From contig JBDRCZ010000058.1 of NCBI GenBank assembly GCA_043821285.1, positions 18,699 to 82,698 of the forward strand: DNA of 64,000 nucleotides. Direction: 5' to 3'. This DNA comes from Candidatus Omnitrophota bacterium (GTDB taxonomy: Bacteria; Omnitrophota; Gorgyraeia; B26-G9; JBDRCZ01). Below the pieces are notes generated by a model. That model did not search any database. It had not been told where the DNA came from and worked only from the letters and a program-made list of their open reading frames with translations. Shown here one piece after another: positions 50,301 through 57,445 of this stretch. Position 1 is the stretch's first letter, and each line of letters starts with the position of its first letter. A program made the translations under genes and the position numbers.

Positions 50301-51016
50301 TTACTGGTAAAATCCGGCTGGCCAAGAACAATATCCGCCTCCGCAAAATTCTCCGTGGGGATGCTATTATAGATTAACACCCGATTATTCGCAGCATCTG
50401 TAACATACAAGCACACTCCGTCGCTATGCACATCAGTAGGTGCTAATAGACTCTGGCTCGTTACCCCGCCGTTATTTGGGAGATTACTGGTAAAATCCGG
50501 CTGGCCAAGAACAATATCTGCCTCCGCAAAATTCTCCGTGGGGATGCTATTATAGATTAAGACTCGATGATTAAAATGGTCCGCAACATACAAACGTTCT
50601 CCGTCACTATATGCGGCCATTGGGCCCCAGAGGCTCTGCGAACTAATATTGCCATTATTGGCAAGATTGCTCGTAAAGTCAGGCTGTCCAATAACAACAT
50701 CCGCCGGCTGATTATTAGTTGCCGGGATATTATTATAGATTAGCACCCGGTTATTAAAATAGTCCGCGACATACAAGTGCACTCCGTCTGTAGAAACAGT
50801 ACCTGGGCGCGACAAGCTACTTGCACTTAACCCTCCATAGTTACTATCATTAGTCGTAAAATCCAACTGTCCCAACACAAGTTGAGCTTCTTGAGGCTCT
50901 TCAAACGCAAAACTTGATAGGGATGGTGGACTAAGGCATACAACAATCCCGGCCACAATACTTGTAAAAATCATCAAAACTTTCATTCCCGCTTCTTTTA
51001 TGCGATGAATATACAT
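44324..51016 (-). CDS. 2230-aa secreted NHL-repeat plus RHS/YD-repeat protein with an approximately 840-aa C-terminal extension (PKD-like and carbohydrate-binding-like domains) after the RHS core
   Basis: Signal peptide. Six NHL-type repeats ([14 protein letters not shown]). Dozens of YD repeats (YxYDxxGNL). RHS core [43 protein letters not shown] at about aa 1350-1390. Then a PKD-like segment [23 protein letters not shown] and repeated jelly-roll-like segments. AAGGAGAG ribosome-binding site 6 nt before the ATG. Confidence 0.85.
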   Translation of the reverse strand: [2230 protein letters not shown]

Positions 51017-51039
51017 ATATCTCTCCTTATCTGAATTCT

Positions 51040-51051
51040 AGTTCTGTCAAA
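51040..51051 (-). promoter_or_regulatory. TTTGACAGAAC motif 24 nt upstream of the RHS gene ATG
   Basis: + strand AGTTCTGTCAAA. Confidence 0.4.
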
Positions 51052-51390
51052 TACTTAACCGCAGATTATCACAGATATTAAACATATATTTCCCTGAAGA
51101 AAAAAGCAAAACACCACGGATTAACACTGAGTTATCCGTGGCTGAAAAAATCTAAAATTCTGTTTCAGGTTCAAAAACTAATCAGATTAAATTTAATCAT
51201 CAGCCAAATAACTATGGCCGCGACTATCCCGAGGATAAGAAAAAATTTAAATATCTTTCCGATAATATTCAAAACAACAATTAATACGACTATTGCAGCA
51301 AAACAAAAAGATTTTTTGTCCCGCTTGATTCGTAGTGGTTACAATCAATTCTTTTATGGATTCTTGACACTACCTCGTAATAATTCAGCG

Positions 51391-53391
51391 TTAAAACTTA
51401 CAGGTAAATGTACCAGTTATCCTCCGTCCTACACTCGAAGTATCCATGGGATAATCATCATATCCTTTTTTAAACAGGTTAAACACGGCCAGGGAAACTT
51501 CGGCCGGATTTTCCCAGAGGAAGAATTTATACCCTAAGCGCAGGTTCGTAATAATATATTTCGATGTCTTTCCTCCACCGATTGTTGTGCCGCGCGGGTC
51601 AGGTATGTATCCGCACCAGGTATATGTGGGTGTCCAAAATGTCGAACCGCGGTAAAGTGCACTAATATTTGCGGAAAAACCATTGTCAAAATATGCTCTT
51701 AACTGAGCATTTACCATGTTCTGCGGTGTGCCGGCAACAAGCGCGTATGTATTTGCATCTCCTTCATCCTCCCATTGCTCAAGATTAGTATGGTTAATCA
51801 ACACGCTAAGCCAATTATTAAATAAATAACGCATTTCTATCTCTGTGCCGATTTGTGCCGCATCTGCTATATTTCGATATTCTTCGGTCCAATGAATATA
51901 GGGAGCAGTGGGAATTATAGAAATCGGTGAAACCTTATAATAAATCGGGTCGATTAGTTTTGTATAAAACACATTCGCCTCTACTTGAAAATTGTTCGTC
52001 CAGTCCCCTTTATAACCCAGTTCGAGTGTTTCTACCTGTTCTGGCTTATTGTCTTCATATCCATAAACATCATAGTAAGCTGTAGCCAAATACAAGTAGT
52101 TTTCCATAAAATCAGGGTTACGAAAGGCACTACTGTACGAAAAACGAAAGTGATGCTTTTGCCAAGGAGAATAAAGTAGGGCCAAACGATGAGAAAGACT
52201 ATCACCGGCGTTCGGGTGGTGGTCATATCGCAATCCGGTATTAAGACTAAGGTTATCCTGAAATTTATAGGTATTATCCACAAATATTCCTCTTAAATCA
52301 TGTCTGCGTTTACCACCCACCATCGTAGTATTGATATTATGCGTAGTAAAATTACCTCCCCAAACTAAAATATCTTGCTCCAACAGCTCTAAGGTGTGCT
52401 GAAATTCAATTATTTTCGTCCCCATAGTAATATCTGCAATTGGCACACCAAGAGCATCTGTGCTCATCGCTTGACTACGTAAATAGGCACGTAATATCAT
52501 ATCCGGCTCTTTAGACGCGTAAGTAACTGATGCAAGATAAGCCTCGTCATTTCCTAAATCATAGGGCCCGGCGCCTGGACTAAAAGAATACCACTGCTTT
52601 CGATCAATATAACTTCCAGAAAGGATTATCTCAGAATTATCATCAATCGCCCAGTCAATATTGGCATTTCCCCTTAAGTATCTATTTATGGGATTATTAA
52701 GGTAAGAAACAAAACCATCACTCCAATTGTCTCTATCATCATGGGATAAGGAAATACGATAATTGATTTTATCTTTTACTGAGCCACCATAGAGATAAGT
52801 ACCGATGCGTGTTTCTAGTTCTCCTCCAGTAAGGGAGAGCATACTTCCTTGTGTATCGTTAGGTTTTTTGGTGATAAGATTTACTATGCCAAACATAGCA
52901 TCCGGACCGTACAAAGATGACCCAGGTCCACGTAGTATTTCTATTCTTTCAATTTCTTCTAACGCTATCGGGAGATAATTAAACATGGGCATGGTAGTCA
53001 CTTCATACACCCACGGTATTCCATCAATTAAAAGTATTGCTTTCCGGGGTGGCATTATATTAAATCCCCTGATACCGCCTACTTCCATATTCCCCGCGGT
53101 GGCATATCCCATATGCACCCCAGGAACCATTCTTAATACCTCACCAAGCAGCGTTGCTCCAGATTGTTTAATATCTTCCGCCGTAATAACAGTCATTGCT
53201 GCCGGGGCTTCGGTTATCGCCTGTTCTCTTTTTGCCGCAGTAATTACCGTGGGGATCTCCATAAACAACATTGCCTCAGGAGAAACATACTCTTCAATCT
53301 GTGCCGATACGTTAGGAACTATCGGACTAGATAATAATACTAATATCAGCGATACAATGATAAATAGACTTTTTCTTATAATATTAACCAT
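51391..53391 (-). CDS. TonB-dependent outer-membrane receptor
   Basis: Plug domain (TVITAEDIKQSGATLLGEVLRMVPGV), a 22-strand-barrel-sized body, C-terminal ...TFTCKF ending in Phe. Start moved to MVNIIRK (53391), which has AAGGAGGGGG upstream. Confidence 0.8.
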   Translation of the reverse strand: MVNIIRKSLFIIVSLILVLLSSPIVPNVSAQIEEYVSPEAMLFMEIPTVITAAKREQAITEAPAAMTVITAEDIKQSGATLLGEVLRMVPGVHMGYATAGNMEVGGIRGFNIMPPRKAILLIDGIPWVYEVTTMPMFNYLPIALEEIERIEILRGPGSSLYGPDAMFGIVNLITKKPNDTQGSMLSLTGGELETRIGTYLYGGSVKDKINYRISLSHDDRDNWSDGFVSYLNNPINRYLRGNANIDWAIDDNSEIILSGSYIDRKQWYSFSPGAGPYDLGNDEAYLASVTYASKEPDMILRAYLRSQAMSTDALGVPIADITMGTKIIEFQHTLELLEQDILVWGGNFTTHNINTTMVGGKRRHDLRGIFVDNTYKFQDNLSLNTGLRYDHHPNAGDSLSHRLALLYSPWQKHHFRFSYSSAFRNPDFMENYLYLATAYYDVYGYEDNKPEQVETLELGYKGDWTNNFQVEANVFYTKLIDPIYYKVSPISIIPTAPYIHWTEEYRNIADAAQIGTEIEMRYLFNNWLSVLINHTNLEQWEDEGDANTYALVAGTPQNMVNAQLRAYFDNGFSANISALYRGSTFWTPTYTWCGYIPDPRGTTIGGGKTSKYIITNLRLGYKFFLWENPAEVSLAVFNLFKKGYDDYPMDTSSVGRRITGTFTCKF

Positions 53392-53623
53392 TTCCCCCTC
53401 CTTATTTTTGCGGAGCAAAAAATATAATCCGTCTCGGCAGATGGTCTATTATCCAATTGTCTATTTTCAAAAATCTTCATTCCTCTCTGAATAATCCCAC
53501 GTTGCTTTTCGGTTTTTTATCATCCTTTTTACCTATATTCCTCCCTTTTTTTAGCTTATTAGTTTTCTGATATAATCTTTTTATATTTGATAACATCCTA
53601 CGCTGAAAATCATACAATGTCAA

Positions 53624-53694
53624 ATAAAAAAATTCCTGCGGAATCTTTTTATCCATTTAAAAACCTCTCGTGTTCAAACCTTCCCTATAACAAT
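53624..53694 (+). repeat. Intergenic mosaic repeat family, copy F
   Basis: AAAAAATTCCTGCGGAATCTTTTTATCCATTTAAAAACCTCTCGTGTTCAAACCTTCCCTAT. Confidence 0.65.
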
Positions 53695-54074
53695 GAATTA
53701 AATATATCAAACTATACCCCAAGTCCCAAGTTAGCCACAGATTGAAATCTTATTGTTCTTTGTTGAAAGAATAGCGGTTGATCTTGAGATTAGAGCTTGA
53801 CGGAAAGACTTACAGGATAGAAACAGAAATAATCTAAAAAAGAATGATCTTTGAGGCTAACTGCGGAACTTGAGTTAACAGTAAACGCAGCATATAAGAC
53901 ATAGTATAACAGAGTGAAAGCAAATAAAAACCAGTAAGAACCACAGATTACTCAGATTATACAGATATGAAAAGAATTTTAATTTTATCTGAGTTATCCG
54001 TGCTATCTGCGGCCAAAAAATCTATTGACTCTTACGTACACATAAGAAAATTTTTTATTTGTCTCGCACTCTGT

Positions 54075-57000
54075 TTAGTTGGCCGGGGCAAAAGTGAAAT
54101 AATTGACATTGAAACCACTGACGTCCACAACTAATCTTACGCTATGGTCTCCGGAACTTATATTTACGGTGGGACCATCCGCCCACCCCCAGATCTGCCA
54201 GCCGCCGGTAGCCGGAAGGTTAATCCTGCCAGTTACATTTACGCCATCTATTTCAATATGACACTGACCATCGGAAATTCCCGCATAGCGGATTCTGATT
54301 GTATATCTTCCTCCTTCACTTGCACGGAGTTGATAATTTAGCCATTCACCCGCATAGATCCAGCCAACATTATAGCCGCCTTCCGAGCATACCTCAATAT
54401 CCACTCCTTGGTTTCGATATTGACCGCCGGAATTGACTGCATCAGTGTCGTGATAGTCTCTCTCCGCGGCAGCTACGTGCCCGCTATCGTAGTCCTCAGC
54501 TTCAAATTTGATAACTGCTTTTGCCCCAGGATAACCGTAGACTTCAAATTCCGGGATCCTTACGGCCCAGTCACCGATAAAATTAGGCACCACTGCTCTG
54601 ATTCTCACATAGCGCAGAGTTTTCGGAGAACTATAGCGCTCGGTATTCACCGGGATATCACTATTGTTGTTTATGTGAAACTCCTCTGACCATGGTCCCT
54701 GTAGAGAAGGCGCTGATTCAATATAAAACTCCTTGGTGTTAAAATATGTTGGCTCTCCGCTAGTTGAAGCATGTTTTACCACATAACCCGTTACTTTTGT
54801 ATCTGAACCTAAATCATAAGTTAAGATGTGATCACCATGTGTTGAAATACTATTATGCAGACAGCACCATTTTGTGGAAACATCTCCATCCTTACAATAC
54901 AGACCCCGTTGATTTTCATCATTGTGACCACATTCTATATAAGTAGCCGCATCCAGAGCTAAGTTCCGCTCAAAGCTGAAGTAGTTAATGTTAAATCCTG
55001 AGGAATCCATAATTAATTTTACAATATGATCACCCGCCGTCAATTCTATATCTCCGGCGCTTTTCCATGCCCATGTCTGCCAAGCACCTGTAGCCGGAAG
55101 AGTAATAATTCCGGTTACATCTATGCCATCTATTTCAATATGACACTGCCCATTGGAAACTGCTGCATAGCGGATGTATATCTGGTATTTACCACTAGTG
55201 TCTAAGCGGAATTTTAGCCACTCCCCGGCACTTATCCAGCCAACATTATATCCGCTTTCAGAACAGGTTTCAATATCTACATCCTCTTTCCGGTACTGTC
55301 CCCCGGAATTGCCGGATGTAATATCGAAATAATCCGTACCTTGCGCAGCATTGGCTCCGGCATCATAATCTTCCGCTTCAAACTTAATAGCGCCTTTAAT
55401 CCCTTTATACCCCCAAATCTCAATCTCAGGAATTCTCACAGCCCAGTCCCCGGCATAATTGGGATCAGTAATCCTGATTCTGATATACTGTAAATTCTTC
55501 GGAGTGTCATAAATAAGGGTATTCTGAGATTCCTGATTAGTATTTACCACGTAAAATTCCTGGGTCCAGGGACCTTGCAGCGAAGGTGCAGATTCGATAT
55601 AGAATTTTTCTGTATTAAAAATTGTTGGTTCACCCCCGGTTGAAGAATGTTTAATGATGTAGCCGGTCAAGGTACAAGTCGTGCCTAAATCAAAGCGCAA
55701 AGTATGATCCCCTGATGTCCAAAACCCATTATGCAAACAGCACCATTTTGTAGAGAGGTTACCATCTTTTGCCGCTAACCCATATTGCCCTGGTTCATTA
55801 TGCCCACATTCAACATAAGTAACTGCATCTAACGCGAGGTTCTGTCCGGTTAGTCCACTAATTCCCAAGGAGAATGTATAAGTCCCAGTTCCAGCTGCAC
55901 TATAGACATTAATCCGTATTCTCCACTGTCCAGCCATATCTGCGGTATAAATTATATTCTCAACAACGTTCCCGTCTAAAGCAGCTGATGCTTTTAAGAC
56001 TGCTGTGGGATCATAGAGGTAAAGATCATAGTCATAGTAAGGTGGCGGGGTCATGGATATTGTGATATCCTGACCAGCAGAGACATTAAACGCATAGTAA
56101 TCATTAGGATCTATCCCTTTATCCAGCCAACCCGAATAATTCCCTGGTGAAATAAATGTTGCAGCAGCAAAATCATTACCAGCATCGCTACCGGTGCCGG
56201 CATCATTTTGCCCGGGGGGACCAGCAGAAATTTCTCCCGCAGGATAACGTAAATCTACGGTTTGCTCAAATGCTGTATAAAGGTCTCCGGAGTTGCCATA
56301 GGGATTACCATTATCTTTCCAATATTCAAGCGCATATCCATCCCATGCACTGGCTGCCTGCTGATTATTATCGTACACAAACCAGGTCATACAGATGATA
56401 TCGTGGTTTCCCGCGGTCTGGTTCCAGTTATTAACATCCGCAAACGCATCGCGTAAAAACTGTGCGGTCTGGGCTTCCTCACCTGAATTACCTGGCGCAG
56501 CATACCTGTTCCATTCCGTCATATAAATTGGTTTATTGGAAAATCCTTTACTGTCAATAATTGCAATCTGACTGGCATACACATTGTGAAAATCAGCAAC
56601 CGAACCTCCGTAGGAATGGATTGCAAAACCATCAACTTCACCAGGGGTAAGATAATCCAACATTTGCGAAAGATACTCTGTCCCGCTCATCCATCGCTCT
56701 CCCCCTACTCCTCCAGGGCTAACTGGCGCTAATAAAACAACATGCTCACCAGGCGCACCTACAAGCGCACTATTATGAATTGCGCTGCGCACATTTTTGT
56801 AGATCGCGGCCATTTCTGCCGGCGGAATTTTACGATTTGGCCATTGACTGCCTGTCCCCATCAGCAAGTTTTGCTCATTACCTACCACCCAGATATGGCT
56901 TTGATTATAAAGCACATTTACCGCCTCTGATACCACCTTTGCCGGCCATGCGGAATAATTGGGGTCACTTGGGGCAGGAACCGTATCTCCCCAGGTATAA

Positions 57001-57311
57001 TCTACGCGGGTAATTATCGTCATATTCTTATTATTGTAGAGCTCCTGATAAAGACCTGTAAAATAACCTGCCGCCCACCACCAGCCAGAATTTGTCAGCA
57101 CTGTCTCTACATCCCATGCCGAGCACGCCGGCACATCTAATAAACTTGCCGGGGCATCATCCACCGGCTGTCCTTCTGTATACCCCCACCAATGAATACC
57201 ATACAGATACCGTGAGTCTTCTGCTAATACATCGTTAGAGAAAACTACTATCGAACTAAATACCCCTAACACCAAACACAACATTATTCTTGAAAATCTC
57301 ACACATATCAC
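54075..57311 (-). CDS. Secreted multidomain glycoside hydrolase: GH-A-clan TIM-barrel catalytic domain, PPC domain, then (F5/8 type C - CBM6) x2
   Basis: Signal peptide. VGNEQN (acid/base NE) and MTEWN (nucleophile E) GH-A signatures. Pre-peptidase C-terminal-like segment DPNDYYAFNVSAGQ. Two discoidin-like (KWCCLHN) and two CBM6-like (IKFEAEDYD) modules. Confidence 0.65.
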   Translation of the reverse strand: MICVRFSRIMLCLVLGVFSSIVVFSNDVLAEDSRYLYGIHWWGYTEGQPVDDAPASLLDVPACSAWDVETVLTNSGWWWAAGYFTGLYQELYNNKNMTIITRVDYTWGDTVPAPSDPNYSAWPAKVVSEAVNVLYNQSHIWVVGNEQNLLMGTGSQWPNRKIPPAEMAAIYKNVRSAIHNSALVGAPGEHVVLLAPVSPGGVGGERWMSGTEYLSQMLDYLTPGEVDGFAIHSYGGSVADFHNVYASQIAIIDSKGFSNKPIYMTEWNRYAAPGNSGEEAQTAQFLRDAFADVNNWNQTAGNHDIICMTWFVYDNNQQAASAWDGYALEYWKDNGNPYGNSGDLYTAFEQTVDLRYPAGEISAGPPGQNDAGTGSDAGNDFAAATFISPGNYSGWLDKGIDPNDYYAFNVSAGQDITISMTPPPYYDYDLYLYDPTAVLKASAALDGNVVENIIYTADMAGQWRIRINVYSAAGTGTYTFSLGISGLTGQNLALDAVTYVECGHNEPGQYGLAAKDGNLSTKWCCLHNGFWTSGDHTLRFDLGTTCTLTGYIIKHSSTGGEPTIFNTEKFYIESAPSLQGPWTQEFYVVNTNQESQNTLIYDTPKNLQYIRIRITDPNYAGDWAVRIPEIEIWGYKGIKGAIKFEAEDYDAGANAAQGTDYFDITSGNSGGQYRKEDVDIETCSESGYNVGWISAGEWLKFRLDTSGKYQIYIRYAAVSNGQCHIEIDGIDVTGIITLPATGAWQTWAWKSAGDIELTAGDHIVKLIMDSSGFNINYFSFERNLALDAATYIECGHNDENQRGLYCKDGDVSTKWCCLHNSISTHGDHILTYDLGSDTKVTGYVVKHASTSGEPTYFNTKEFYIESAPSLQGPWSEEFHINNNSDIPVNTERYSSPKTLRYVRIRAVVPNFIGDWAVRIPEFEVYGYPGAKAVIKFEAEDYDSGHVAAAERDYHDTDAVNSGGQYRNQGVDIEVCSEGGYNVGWIYAGEWLNYQLRASEGGRYTIRIRYAGISDGQCHIEIDGVNVTGRINLPATGGWQIWGWADGPTVNISSGDHSVRLVVDVSGFNVNYFTFAPAN
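54078..55880. repeat. Tandem duplication (about 900 bp x2) encoding the two F5/8-CBM6 units inside the GH gene
   Basis: Protein segments at aa 478-770 and 771-1078 are about 65% identical. Confidence 0.7.
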
Positions 57312-57445
57312 CTCTTTTTATTATTCGCAATACGCGGTACGCAATACCCCGAAAAACCGCCTTACAACAACGGGGCACACGCATCACGAATTAATATCTG
57401 TGATCATCCCCGCCACAAATCGTCGGCGGGCAGGTGTGTATAACA

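Noticed and set aside
44324-51016. Classical RHS polymorphic toxin with a downstream immunity gene
   Set aside because: The post-core region is about 840 aa with PKD/CBM-like content, and the downstream gene is a processive GT2, not a small immunity protein.
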